From contig OZ025705.1 of the NCBI GenBank assembly GCA_964019335.1, forward strand, positions 248,001 to 312,000: a stretch of 64,000 bases of DNA, in the 5' to 3' direction. The number at the start of each line of letters is the position of its first letter. Within the stretch, counting starts at the first letter, position 1. The notes under the pieces were generated by a model, which was given only the letters and a program-made list of their open reading frames with translations, did no database searches and had not been told where the DNA came from. Both the position numbers and the translations under genes were made by a program. This document shows positions 1-14,700 of this stretch, one piece after another. The DNA comes from Diplonema japonicum (lineage: Eukaryota > Protista > Euglenozoa: Diplonemea).

Positions 1-268
1 TGGCCGGGGGTGTCAGCACCAAAGTTGGGCCCCTCACAAGCCAGCTGCTCAACGTGCCTTGGGTAGTCGAACTGGTCAATCTGACGAAAGAAGTACGGGT
101 TTATGAGAAGTTAAAGATCCCGTAGGTGCTGTTTGTTGGTGCATTGAAAGGGGAAGAAAAATTCAAACTGCCACGCAGGGTGACATTTTGGCTCTGCACA
201 AGGAATAAAGCCCTTCCAGGCAAACGTGGTGGGAGCTGCTACCCCCCTTAAGTAAAAAAACTTCTTCC

Positions 269-381
269 CAGAAAAACTCCCGGACGGAAAAATGTCCGGG
301 TTTTTTTGGTGTCCGGGAGTTTTTCCGTCCGGGAGTTTTTCTGTCCGAGAATTTTTCCGTCAGACATTATTCGTTTTACAG
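269..381. repeat. MITE-like remnant: 24-bp perfect inverted repeat, 16-bp tandem subrepeats, TTCGTTTTACAG|TA end
   Basis: cagaaaaactcccggacggaaaaa (269-292) is the exact reverse complement of 320-343. A gtccgggagtttttcc-type unit recurs at 311, 327 and 343. It ends in ttcgttttacag followed by (TA)n, the same terminus as the element at 18918-19181. No left TIR seen. Confidence 0.5.
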
Positions 382-727
382 TATATATATATTTTTTTTC
401 TTGTTTAGAATACAGTCTTTTCGCTTTAATATTCTTATTTTGTTTTTCCTTAAAAAGGGAAGAAGAGGAAGAAGTAAACGTCACACATTTGTCTTCGCTG
501 CACATTTTTTTCCCCGAATAATCGCACAGCTAGGTAACACAAAAAAAAAACAAGAGGGGGTAGTTAGAATAGAAGGGGGTGATCCATTTGAATATAAACC
601 CTACGAAAAACGTTAGCATTTTTTTTTTTTTTTTTTTCAAAACTTTTTTTTAACACCTAACATATTGTCGGTGTAAAAGTAGAAAGCGGCACTTTTTCTT
701 TTTTTTCCTTTTTCCCCCACATTTTGT

Positions 728-2227
728 TTAAAGCGCATGAACCAGGACTTGCATCCCGTTTGAATCATTCTGCCAAGTCACAGAGTTCATGAGGGTGGGC
801 TTGAAACCAGGCTTAGCTGTGAACCTGAAGTGAGCAAAGATGGTAAGAAGCGCCGTCTTCCCCTCAAGGATGGCCATATTCTTCCCAAGGCACAGACGGG
901 GGCCTGCGTTGAAGGTATTGTACACATAGTCGTCATAAGCCTTCCCCTCCATCCAGCGTGTTGGGTTGAACTCCTCAGCGTCCTCACCAAAGTAGTCCTT
1001 TCTCCTGTTCGTTGCCATGGTAGCCCAGTGGATGTAGGTGCCCTTGGTGGCTGTTGCACCTGAAGGGAAAGTTACATCCTTTACAGCAATTTTCTCATTC
1101 CCGGGAACGGAAGGGTTGAGCCTCAACGCCTCCAAGAAGACAGCCTCTGCAACAGGGGATTTTCCTTCAATATCGTCGAAGGTAAGAGCTTCTTGAGTGT
1201 TCCCCCCAAAGCATGTCTTTGCTTCCTCGGCAAGCTTGTCCTGCCATTCAGGATGCTGCACCAGGTATTCAACACAGGATGTCAGTGCTGAACCTGTCGT
1301 GTCCCGTCCTGCAATGACAGTGTTGAGGATCATGTCGCGAAGGAACTTTCTGTCGTACTTCTTGCCCTCCTCCTTGGCGGCCTCGAGGAAGAGCCCTGTC
1401 ATGGTCTGGTCGCCCTGCAGGGCATCGTCTCTGATGTTCCCTTCCTCGTCGTAGTACCCGTCCACAACTTCGTTTACATATACGTTTATGCGGGAAATGT
1501 GTTCGGCGGTGTCGCGTTCGCTTTGAGTCAGTCCGAAAGCGGAGTTGATCCACCACCATGGTGCGATGAAGCGGTTCACCACAGAGGCTTGCACGGAGTC
1601 GAAGGACTGCTGGAAACTGCAGTCTTTTTCAACACCCTTCAAAGAGTTTACATTTCTGTTGAAAGCGATCATGTTGATGCAGTCGAAAGTGTAGCAGTAG
1701 AACAACGGTTGGATGTTGTAAGGCACACCGGACGACGCTGCGTCTCGTAGGATCTGAACCATTTCTTGCGCGTGGTTCCCGAAGGTGGTGGACATCCTGT
1801 CGCGCAGCTGTCTTCTGTTGAACATGTGCGCCATCGTGATGCGTTGTTCCTTCCATTTGTCGCCGTTAGTGTTGAAGATGCCGTCGCCGAGGAGGCTGTA
1901 GAATATATCGATGAAGCACTTGGCTTTCATAAACGCGTTGAACTCGTCCTTCAGCATGAACTTAATGTCGTCGGGGTGGTTGATGACGATGGCGGTCTTC
2001 CCCCCAACCTGTGCCCAATGGAACACTCTGAACTCGTGGTCATGTATCAACTTGTTCATGAAGGTAGCCAGCGTGCACGTCTTTCTCTGCAACACCTCCC
2101 TGTACACTACGAGCGTTCCCCCGAAGTAGAACTCGCTGTTGTGCATCTCCTCTATGCCTGAGAGCTTCTTGGCCCTCATTAAATACACCACCACTACCAA
2201 TGCTACCGCACAGCCGAGTATCCACAT
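728..2227 (-). CDS. Cytochrome P450 (CYP86-clan/CYP704-like), paralogue A, 499 aa
   Basis: N-terminal membrane anchor, GDGIFNTNGDKWKEQR, I-helix AGRDTT, K-helix EALR, heme motif FNAGPRLCLG; intronless. Confidence 0.93.
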   Translation of the reverse strand: MWILGCAVALVVVVYLMRAKKLSGIEEMHNSEFYFGGTLVVYREVLQRKTCTLATFMNKLIHDHEFRVFHWAQVGGKTAIVINHPDDIKFMLKDEFNAFMKAKCFIDIFYSLLGDGIFNTNGDKWKEQRITMAHMFNRRQLRDRMSTTFGNHAQEMVQILRDAASSGVPYNIQPLFYCYTFDCINMIAFNRNVNSLKGVEKDCSFQQSFDSVQASVVNRFIAPWWWINSAFGLTQSERDTAEHISRINVYVNEVVDGYYDEEGNIRDDALQGDQTMTGLFLEAAKEEGKKYDRKFLRDMILNTVIAGRDTTGSALTSCVEYLVQHPEWQDKLAEEAKTCFGGNTQEALTFDDIEGKSPVAEAVFLEALRLNPSVPGNEKIAVKDVTFPSGATATKGTYIHWATMATNRRKDYFGEDAEEFNPTRWMEGKAYDDYVYNTFNAGPRLCLGKNMAILEGKTALLTIFAHFRFTAKPGFKPTLMNSVTWQNDSNGMQVLVHAL

Positions 2228-2539
2228 TGTCTTTTTTTTTTTCTTTTAAACTTGAACGTAGTACATTGATACAAAAAAAAAAAGAAAAGACCAATAATAA
2301 ATTGAAACCAAAGGGGTGTTTACAACAAGAAGCGAAGTTGGGTTGGACAACAAAAAGAAATGGGGGGCGGGAGAAGGAACAATGGGGAGGGGGGTTTCGA
2401 CACAGACGCTTGCGCGCTATGAAGAAAAATGAAAGATGAACAATGGAAGGTGGGATATTTTTTGTCGGAAAATGGTGTCTTTTCACTCATTTTCCCGGTG
2501 TTTTCGTTTCATTCATCAGGCTAGGGATATCTATGTCTT

Positions 2540-3950
<1,411 letters not shown>

Positions 3951-4509
3951 GGTGGGTACTCCATCTCATAATAAACAGCAATAAAAGAGGGAATAAATAG
4001 AGAGAGGAAGAGAGAGCATAGCAAGCAACTTCATGTTGGTAATAGTTAAGTACAAGCCCAACATTGGGCCCCCTTAAAAAACATAATAATTACCACAAGG
4101 AAGCATGCCAGATAATGTGGATAATCAACAGCACGTGTTCCATTGCAGGTAAAGGGTGGAGTAGAAGAAAGTTGGAAGAAGGAGGAGAGCAAAAAAGTGT
4201 TTTTCTCTCTCTTCCTTTGTCCCAGAACTTCTCTTATGTTTCATGTTCGTTCGGTTGGAAATTTTACCGTAAAAGAAGGACGCCTCTGGCGCTGTATTGT
4301 TGGTACCGTACTTTCCGATACCAAAAGAATACAGTCCACACAGAGGAGTGAAATAGAAAACAAGAACAAGATAGTTAAAGGGTATAAAAAAAATGAAAAT
4401 AAAAAACGGTAGGGTGGCGGACCACCACATCGGTAGTGCACAATCAAGAACCACAAAGCAAACATGCTCTATAACATTCATTAGTTCGGCAGTTCTACGC
4501 TGTTACTTC

Positions 4510-7500
4510 TCAACGTGAAAACAGCGAAGTGCAGCAAGCATTGCATCCGTTGCAGTAGTTAGGAGTGCAGACTTCATTTTTCCCACAAGGGCTGATGGCG
4601 CATGGGCTGACGGGGCACTTCACAAGGTTTCCGATGATGCACCTCCCCTTGCAGTCCCTGCACTCCCCACCCTCGCAGGGGCACACCTTCCCGAACCCGC
4701 TGCTTATGATGGTACCACCACAAGGGAAGTTCTTCCCATCACCGATGCTGCAGACCCACTGCCCAGAGACCGCACAGCACCTGTGTCCTTCAAAACAGAT
4801 CGGGTTCCCGTACATCCCAGGCTCCTTCAGAGGATCGCAGCACTTGTCTTCCTCAGGGCACGAACACTCGCCTGCGCCGCTGGCGTCCTCCTTCCACCTG
4901 CACGCCCGTCCACCCTCCATGCAGTAGTTGTTCACACACTTCTTCTTGTCAACAAACATCTTGCACTCCTCAGCCTCTGGGCAGAAACACTCACCATTAC
5001 CGTCCGATCCCTCTTTCCATTTGCAGTTCAGATCCTTATCGGGGCACATCTGTCTCTTGCAGAGGTCATGGTTTTTTATGTCCTCGCAAAGAACCTCAGG
5101 TGCTGGGGTGTCGTTGGGGCAGAAGCACTTCCTGTTCTCCCACTTGCACTGCATCTTCTTGTCAGGGCACTCGCTGTGGACGCAACTCTCCTCGTCCTTT
5201 ATCTCCTCACAACGGTCCACTGGGGCAGGGGTGTCCTCGGGGCAGAAACACTTCCCATGTCCAAGCGAGTTCTCGGTCCACTGGCACTTCATGTCCTTGT
5301 CGGGGCATTTCATGTTGACACACTGCTTTTTGTCCTGAACTTCTTCACATCGCTCAACAGGTGCTGGGGTATTCTCAGGACAGAAACACTTTCCATTTCC
5401 AAGCGAGTTCTCAGTCCATTGGCATTTCATGTCCTTGTCAGGGCATTTCATGTTGACACATTGTTCCTTGTCTTGAACTTCTTCACATCGCTCAACAGGT
5501 GCGGGTGTATCCTCAGGGCAGAAGCACTTACCGTTACCTAGTGAGTTGGTCTTCCACTGGCACTTCATGTCTTTGTCAGGACACTTCATGTTGACACACT
5601 GTTCCTTGTCTTGAACTTCTTCACATCGCTCAACAGGTGCAGGGGTCTCCTCAGGGCAGAAGCACTTTCCATTTCCAAGCGAGTTTTCGGTCCATTGGCA
5701 CTTCAAGTCTTTGTCAGGGCACTTCATGTTGACACACTGCTTTTTATCGTGAACTTCTTCACATCTCTCCACAGGTGCGGGGGTATCCTCAGGACAGAAA
5801 CACTTTCCATTTCCAAGCGAGTTCTCAGTCCATTGGCATTTCATATCCTTGTCAGGGCATTTCATGTTGACGCACTGTTCCTTGTCTTGAACTTCTTCAC
5901 AACGTTCAACAGGTGCGGGTGTGTCCTCAGGACAGAAGCACTTACCGTTACCTAGTGAGTTTGTCTTCCACTGGCATTTCATGTCTTTGTCAGGGCACTT
6001 CATGTTGACACACTGTTCCTTGTCTTGAACTTCTTCACATCGCTCAACAGGTGCTGGGGTATCCTCAGGGCAGAAGCACTTTCCATTACCAAGCGAGTTC
6101 TCAGTCCACTGGCATTTCATGTCCTTGTCAAGGCATTTCATGTTGACACACTGTTCCTTGTCTTGAACTTCTTCACATCTCTCAACAGGAGCCGGGGTGT
6201 CCTCAGGGCAGAAGCACTTCCTGTTGGCCCACTTGCACTTCATCTCCTTGTCAGGACACCAACTGTGAAAGCATGCCTTCTCGCTTACAATATCTTCACA
6301 ACGTTCAACAGGTGCGGGGGTGTCCTCGGGACAGAAGCACTTACCGTTACCTAGTGAGTTGGTCTTCCACTGGCACTTCATATCCTTATCAGGGCATTTC
6401 ATGTTGACACATTGTTCCTTGTCTTGAACTTCTTCACATCGCTCAACAGGTGCGGGTGTATCCTCAGGGCAGAAGCACTTACCGTTACCTAGTGAGTTTG
6501 TCTTCCACTGGCATTTCATGTCTTTGTCAGGGCACTTCATGTTGACACACTGTTCCTTGTCTTGAACTTCTTCACATCTCTCAACAGGTGCTGGGGTATC
6601 CTCAGGGCAGAAGCACTTTCCATTACCAAGCGAGTTCTCAGTCCACTGGCATTTCATGTCCTTGTCAGGGCATTTCATGTTGACACATTGTTCCTTGTCA
6701 TGAACTTCTTCACATCTCTCAACAGGTGCGGGGGTCTCCTCGGGGCAAAAGCACTTTCCATGTCCAAGCGAGTTTTCAGTCCACTGGCACTTCAAGTCTT
6801 TGTCTGGGCATTTCATGTTGACACACTGCTTTTTATCATGAACTTCTTCACATCTCTCAACAGGTGCGGGGGTGTCCTCAGGGCAGAAGCACTTTCCATT
6901 TCCAAGCGAGTTTTCAGTCCACTGGCACTTCATATCCTTGTCAGGGCATTTCATGTTGACACACTGTTCCTTGTCATGAACTTCTTCACATTGCTCAACA
7001 GGTGCGGGGGTGTCCTCGGGGCAAAAGCACTTACCGTCGCCAAGAGAGTTTGTCTTCCACTGACATTTCATGTCCTTGTCAAGGCATTTCATGTTGACAC
7101 ACTGTTCCTTGTCTTGTACTTCTTCACATTTCTCCACAGGTGCGGGGGTATCCTCAGGGCAGAAACACTTACCGTTACCGAGTGAGTTTGACTTCCACTG
7201 GCACTTCATGTCTTTGTCAAGGCATTTCATGTTGACACATTGTTCCTTGTCCTGAACTTCTTCACATCGCTCAACAGGTGCTGGGGTATCCTCGGGACAG
7301 AAGCACTTTCCGTCGCCAAGAGAGTTTGTCTTCCACTGGCATTTCATATCCTTGTCAGGGCACTTCATGTTAACGCACAGTTCCTTGTCCTGAACTTCTT
7401 CACATCTCTCAACAGGTGCGGGGGTGTTCTCGGGGCAAAAGCACTTCCTGTTTGCCCACTTGCACTTCATCTCCTTGTCAGGACACCAACTGTGAATGCA

Positions 7501-9180
7501 TGCCTTCTCACTTACAATATCTTCACAACGTTCCACAGGTGCTGGGGTGTCCTCGGGACAGAAGCACTTTCCATCACCAATAGAGTTGGTCTTCCACTGG
7601 CACTTCATGTCTTTGTCAGGGCATTTCATGTTGACACATTGCTTTTTGTCATGAATTTCTTCACATCTCTCAACAGGTGCAGGGGTGTCCTCAGGACAGA
7701 AACACTTCTTGTTGGCCCACTGACACTTCATCTCCTTGTCAGGACACCAACTGTGAAAGCATGCCTTCTCACTTACAATATCTTCACAGCGAGCCACAGG
7801 TGCAGGGGTCTCCTCAGGACAGAAACACTTTCCATTACCAAGCGAGTTCTCAGTCCATTGGCACTTCAAGTCTTTATTGACAGGGTGTGGACATTTCATG
7901 TTGACACACTGTTCCTTATCTTGTACTTCTTCACATGGCACAACAGGTGCAGGGGTCTCCTCAGGACAGAAACACTTTCCATTACCAAGCGAGTTTTCAG
8001 TCCATTGGCACTTCAAGTCTTTATTGACAGGGTGTGGACATTTCATGTTGACACACTGTTCCTTGTCATTAACTTCTTCACATGGCACAACAGGTGCTGG
8101 GGTGTCCTCGGGACAGAAGCACTTTCCATCACCAATAGAGTTGGTCTTCCACTGGCACTTCATGTCTTTGTCAGGGCACTTCATGTTGACACATTGCTTT
8201 TTGTCATGAATTTCTTCACATCTCTCAACAGGTGCAGGGGTGTCCTCAGGGCAGAAACACTTCCTGTTGGCCCACTGACACTTCATCTCCTTGTCAGGAC
8301 ACCAACTGTGAAAGCATGCCTTCTCACTTACAATATCTTCACAACGTTCCACAGGTGCAGGGGTCTCCTCAGGACAGAAACACTTTCCATTACCAAGCGA
8401 GTTCTCAGTCCATTGGCACTTCAAGTCTTTATTGACAGGGTGTGGACATTTCATGTTGACACACTGTTCCTTGTCATTAACTTCTTCACATGGCACAACA
8501 GGTGCGGGGGTGTCCTCGGGGCAAAAACATTTTCCGTTACCAAGAGAGTTTGTCTTCCACTGGCACTTCATTTCCTTGCCAGGGCATTTCATGTTGACAC
8601 ACTGCTCCTTGTCCTGAACTTCTTCACACCTTTCAGCAGGTGCAGGGGTATCTTCAGGGCAGAAGCACTTCCTGTTGGCCCACTTGCATTTCATCTTCTT
8701 GTCGGGACACGAACTGTGAAAGCAAGTCTCCTCGTCCGTGATTTCTTCACACCTCTCAACAGGTGCAGGGGTCTTCTCGGGGCAGAAGCACTTCTCATCC
8801 TCCCACGAGCACTCCTTCTCAGAGTGAGGGCATCTGGAGGAGAGACACTTTTCCTTGATGCTCACATCCTCGCAGCGATTGTACAGAGGGCAGTCGCAGA
8901 ACTCAGTCCCATCGGGGAGGAAATACCATTCGCACAGGGCATCGGACCCACGGCACCGGTTCTCAACGCAGCGCTCCTTTTCCCTGTGCTGCTTGCACGA
9001 AGGGGTGTCGCAGTGGCACAGCTTTTCCTCCGCATCCCACGCACAGAGGGTCTGGAATTCGTAGCACTTGTTCTGAAGGCACTCCTCCTTCGTCCCGTGA
9101 GGCCTGCACTCATCTCCTCCCGCCTCTACCGCAACTGTGAAGAGAGCAGCCGCAAGAGCTGCCATTCGGAGAGACATCAT
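4510..9180 (-). CDS. Secreted cysteine-rich tandem-repeat protein, copy 1 (1556 aa, about 32 six-Cys modules)
   Basis: Signal peptide MMSLRMAALAAALFTVAVEA. 29 modules ending CFCP plus 3 degenerate ones, of 41/46/49 aa, joined by TPAP linkers. Distinct Cys-rich C-terminus; no TM or GPI signal. Confidence 0.92.
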   Translation of the reverse strand: MMSLRMAALAAALFTVAVEAGGDECRPHGTKEECLQNKCYEFQTLCAWDAEEKLCHCDTPSCKQHREKERCVENRCRGSDALCEWYFLPDGTEFCDCPLYNRCEDVSIKEKCLSSRCPHSEKECSWEDEKCFCPEKTPAPVERCEEITDEETCFHSSCPDKKMKCKWANRKCFCPEDTPAPAERCEEVQDKEQCVNMKCPGKEMKCQWKTNSLGNGKCFCPEDTPAPVVPCEEVNDKEQCVNMKCPHPVNKDLKCQWTENSLGNGKCFCPEETPAPVERCEDIVSEKACFHSWCPDKEMKCQWANRKCFCPEDTPAPVERCEEIHDKKQCVNMKCPDKDMKCQWKTNSIGDGKCFCPEDTPAPVVPCEEVNDKEQCVNMKCPHPVNKDLKCQWTENSLGNGKCFCPEETPAPVVPCEEVQDKEQCVNMKCPHPVNKDLKCQWTENSLGNGKCFCPEETPAPVARCEDIVSEKACFHSWCPDKEMKCQWANKKCFCPEDTPAPVERCEEIHDKKQCVNMKCPDKDMKCQWKTNSIGDGKCFCPEDTPAPVERCEDIVSEKACIHSWCPDKEMKCKWANRKCFCPENTPAPVERCEEVQDKELCVNMKCPDKDMKCQWKTNSLGDGKCFCPEDTPAPVERCEEVQDKEQCVNMKCLDKDMKCQWKSNSLGNGKCFCPEDTPAPVEKCEEVQDKEQCVNMKCLDKDMKCQWKTNSLGDGKCFCPEDTPAPVEQCEEVHDKEQCVNMKCPDKDMKCQWTENSLGNGKCFCPEDTPAPVERCEEVHDKKQCVNMKCPDKDLKCQWTENSLGHGKCFCPEETPAPVERCEEVHDKEQCVNMKCPDKDMKCQWTENSLGNGKCFCPEDTPAPVERCEEVQDKEQCVNMKCPDKDMKCQWKTNSLGNGKCFCPEDTPAPVERCEEVQDKEQCVNMKCPDKDMKCQWKTNSLGNGKCFCPEDTPAPVERCEDIVSEKACFHSWCPDKEMKCKWANRKCFCPEDTPAPVERCEEVQDKEQCVNMKCLDKDMKCQWTENSLGNGKCFCPEDTPAPVERCEEVQDKEQCVNMKCPDKDMKCQWKTNSLGNGKCFCPEDTPAPVERCEEVQDKEQCVNMKCPDKDMKCQWTENSLGNGKCFCPEDTPAPVERCEEVHDKKQCVNMKCPDKDLKCQWTENSLGNGKCFCPEETPAPVERCEEVQDKEQCVNMKCPDKDMKCQWKTNSLGNGKCFCPEDTPAPVERCEEVQDKEQCVNMKCPDKDMKCQWTENSLGNGKCFCPENTPAPVERCEEVQDKKQCVNMKCPDKDMKCQWTENSLGHGKCFCPEDTPAPVDRCEEIKDEESCVHSECPDKKMQCKWENRKCFCPNDTPAPEVLCEDIKNHDLCKRQMCPDKDLNCKWKEGSDGNGECFCPEAEECKMFVDKKKCVNNYCMEGGRACRWKEDASGAGECSCPEEDKCCDPLKEPGMYGNPICFEGHRCCAVSGQWVCSIGDGKNFPCGGTIISSGFGKVCPCEGGECRDCKGRCIIGNLVKCPVSPCAISPCGKNEVCTPNYCNGCNACCTSLFSR

Positions 9181-9782
9181 GTGTACAAAGGGTGTGGGTG
9201 GTGGGGGGTGTTTTAGTAACCTGTTTTGAGAATTTTGTTAGAAATGGGAATGTGCGAAACGCGTGAAATGAAAAATGAAAAACACAAGAAGAAGAAGAAA
9301 AAAAAAAAATGAAATCCCATATCACACAAGCAAAAAGAAACAAGCTGGAAATATGTGGAGGAGGAGTGTGCTTACAATAAATGAAAACTAGACATTTCAG
9401 GTTTGGAGTTGTTAGCCAGTTTGTCACATGTGGCTTCTAAAACATAAAAAAAATAGAGGACGAGGAGGGGGGAGGGGGGTGAAAAAAAAGGGAAACGAAA
9501 AGAGTATGGGTGGGCAAGGGGACAAAAGGAGCGGTAAAAAAGCAGTAAAATTGAAAGAGGGGAGGGGGAGAAAAGATAAACAGTCAGTTTTAAGCAAAAC
9601 CGCACAGGGCATACTCCTAACCCATGTGATTGTTTTCCTTTCTGTTGCTCCAGCTTTTTTCAAAAAGGAAGAAAGGGAGGGACCTTTCAGATACCGCTTG
9701 TTGCCTCAAAGTCACCTTTGAAGTGACTATATAGAAGGAAAATAAAAGAAGAAGAAAAGAAAAGAAAACACCCAGTAATAAT

Positions 9783-11180
<1,398 letters not shown>

Positions 11181-11752
11181 TTAAAAAAAAAGCGGTGGGT
11201 ACTCCATCTCATAATAAACAGCAATAAAAGAGGGAATAAATAGAGAGAGGAAGAGAGAGCATAGCAAGCAACTTCATGTTGGTAATAGTTAAGTACAAGC
11301 CCAACATTGGGCCCCCTTAAAAAACATAATAATTACCACAAGGAAGCATGCCAGATAATGTGGATAATCAACAGCACGTGTTCCATTGCAGGTAAAGGGT
11401 GGAGTAGAAGAAAGTTGGAAGAAGGAGGAGAGCAAAAAAGTGTTTTTCTCTCTCTTCCTTTGTCCCAGAACTTCTCTTATGTTTCATGTTCGTTCGGTTG
11501 GAAATTTTACCGTAAAAGAAGGACGCCTCTGGCGCTGTATTGTTGGTACCGTACTTTCCGATACCAAAAGAATACAGTCCACACAGAGGAGTGAAATAGA
11601 AAACAAGAACAAGATAGTTAAAGGGTATAAAAAAAATGAAAATAAAAAACGGTAGGGTGGCGGACCACCACATCGGTAGTGCACAATCAAGAACCACAAA
11701 GCAAACATGCTCTATAACATTCATTAGTTCGGCAGTTCTACGCTGTTACTTC

Positions 11753-14700
11753 TCAACGTGAAAACAGCGAAGTGCAGCAAGCATTGCATCCGTTGCAGTA
11801 GTTAGGAGTGCAGACTTCATTTTTCCCACAAGGGCTGATGGCGCATGGGCTGACGGGGCACTTCACAAGGTTTCCGATGATGCACCTCCCCTTGCAGTCC
11901 CTGCACTCCCCACCCTCGCAGGGGCACACCTTCCCGAACCCGCTGCTTATGATGGTACCACCACAAGGGAAGTTCTTCCCATCACCGATGCTGCAGACCC
12001 ACTGCCCAGAGACCGCACAGCACCTGTGTCCTTCAAAACAGATCGGGTTCCCGTACATCCCAGGCTCCTTCAGAGGATCGCAGCACTTGTCTTCCTCAGG
12101 GCACGAACACTCGCCTGCGCCGCTGGCGTCCTCCTTCCACCTGCACGCCCGTCCACCCTCCATGCAGTAGTTGTTCACACACTTCTTCTTGTCAACAAAC
12201 ATCTTGCACTCCTCAGCCTCTGGGCAGAAACACTCACCATTACCGTCCGATCCCTCTTTCCATTTGCAGTTCAGATCCTTATCGGGGCACATCTGTCTCT
12301 TGCAGAGGTCATGGTTTTTTATGTCCTCGCAAAGAACCTCAGGTGCTGGGGTGTCGTTGGGGCAGAAGCACTTCCTGTTCTCCCACTTGCACTGCATCTT
12401 CTTGTCAGGGCACTCGCTGTGGACGCAACTCTCCTCGTCCTTTATCTCCTCACAACGGTCCACTGGGGCAGGGGTGTCCTCGGGGCAGAAACACTTCCCA
12501 TGTCCAAGCGAGTTCTCGGTCCACTGGCACTTCATGTCCTTGTCGGGGCATTTCATGTTGACACACTGCTTTTTGTCCTGAACTTCTTCACATCGCTCAA
12601 CAGGTGCTGGGGTATTCTCAGGACAGAAACACTTTCCATTTCCAAGCGAGTTCTCAGTCCATTGGCATTTCATGTCCTTGTCAGGGCATTTCATGTTGAC
12701 ACATTGTTCCTTGTCTTGAACTTCTTCACATCGCTCAACAGGTGCGGGTGTATCCTCAGGGCAGAAGCACTTACCGTTACCTAGTGAGTTGGTCTTCCAC
12801 TGGCACTTCATGTCTTTGTCAGGACACTTCATGTTGACACACTGTTCCTTGTCTTGAACTTCTTCACATCGCTCAACAGGTGCAGGGGTCTCCTCAGGGC
12901 AGAAGCACTTTCCATTTCCAAGCGAGTTTTCGGTCCATTGGCACTTCAAGTCTTTGTCAGGGCACTTCATGTTGACACACTGCTTTTTATCGTGAACTTC
13001 TTCACATCTCTCCACAGGTGCGGGGGTATCCTCAGGACAGAAACACTTTCCATTTCCAAGCGAGTTCTCAGTCCATTGGCATTTCATATCCTTGTCAGGG
13101 CATTTCATGTTGACGCACTGTTCCTTGTCTTGAACTTCTTCACAACGTTCAACAGGTGCGGGTGTGTCCTCAGGACAGAAGCACTTACCGTTACCTAGTG
13201 AGTTTGTCTTCCACTGGCATTTCATGTCTTTGTCAGGGCACTTCATGTTGACACACTGTTCCTTGTCTTGAACTTCTTCACATCGCTCAACAGGTGCTGG
13301 GGTATCCTCAGGGCAGAAGCACTTTCCATTACCAAGCGAGTTCTCAGTCCACTGGCATTTCATGTCCTTGTCAAGGCATTTCATGTTGACACACTGTTCC
13401 TTGTCTTGAACTTCTTCACATCTCTCAACAGGAGCCGGGGTGTCCTCAGGGCAGAAGCACTTCCTGTTGGCCCACTTGCACTTCATCTCCTTGTCAGGAC
13501 ACCAACTGTGAAAGCATGCCTTCTCGCTTACAATATCTTCACAACGTTCAACAGGTGCGGGGGTGTCCTCGGGACAGAAGCACTTACCGTTACCTAGTGA
13601 GTTGGTCTTCCACTGGCACTTCATATCCTTATCAGGGCATTTCATGTTGACACATTGTTCCTTGTCTTGAACTTCTTCACATCGCTCAACAGGTGCGGGT
13701 GTATCCTCAGGGCAGAAGCACTTACCGTTACCTAGTGAGTTTGTCTTCCACTGGCATTTCATGTCTTTGTCAGGGCACTTCATGTTGACACACTGTTCCT
13801 TGTCTTGAACTTCTTCACATCTCTCAACAGGTGCTGGGGTATCCTCAGGGCAGAAGCACTTTCCATTACCAAGCGAGTTCTCAGTCCACTGGCATTTCAT
13901 GTCCTTGTCAGGGCATTTCATGTTGACACATTGTTCCTTGTCATGAACTTCTTCACATCTCTCAACAGGTGCGGGGGTCTCCTCGGGGCAAAAGCACTTT
14001 CCATGTCCAAGCGAGTTTTCAGTCCACTGGCACTTCAAGTCTTTGTCTGGGCATTTCATGTTGACACACTGCTTTTTATCATGAACTTCTTCACATCTCT
14101 CAACAGGTGCGGGGGTGTCCTCAGGGCAGAAGCACTTTCCATTTCCAAGCGAGTTTTCAGTCCACTGGCACTTCATATCCTTGTCAGGGCATTTCATGTT
14201 GACACACTGTTCCTTGTCATGAACTTCTTCACATTGCTCAACAGGTGCGGGGGTGTCCTCGGGGCAAAAGCACTTACCGTCGCCAAGAGAGTTTGTCTTC
14301 CACTGACATTTCATGTCCTTGTCAAGGCATTTCATGTTGACACACTGTTCCTTGTCTTGTACTTCTTCACATTTCTCCACAGGTGCGGGGGTATCCTCAG
14401 GGCAGAAACACTTACCGTTACCGAGTGAGTTTGACTTCCACTGGCACTTCATGTCTTTGTCAAGGCATTTCATGTTGACACATTGTTCCTTGTCCTGAAC
14501 TTCTTCACATCGCTCAACAGGTGCTGGGGTATCCTCGGGACAGAAGCACTTTCCGTCGCCAAGAGAGTTTGTCTTCCACTGGCATTTCATATCCTTGTCA
14601 GGGCACTTCATGTTAACGCACAGTTCCTTGTCCTGAACTTCTTCACATCTCTCAACAGGTGCGGGGGTGTTCTCGGGGCAAAAGCACTTCCTGTTTGCCC

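Noticed and set aside
1-247. Coding-looking sequence at the window start
   Set aside because: No convincing open frame or motif.
5100-8800. Regular ~138-bp repeats resembling a CRISPR or satellite array
   Set aside because: In-frame coding repeats with synonymous variation; no unique spacers and no cas genes.
7240-9216. 658-aa plus-strand repetitive ORF (and its copies)
   Set aside because: Mirror of the Cys-repeat gene.
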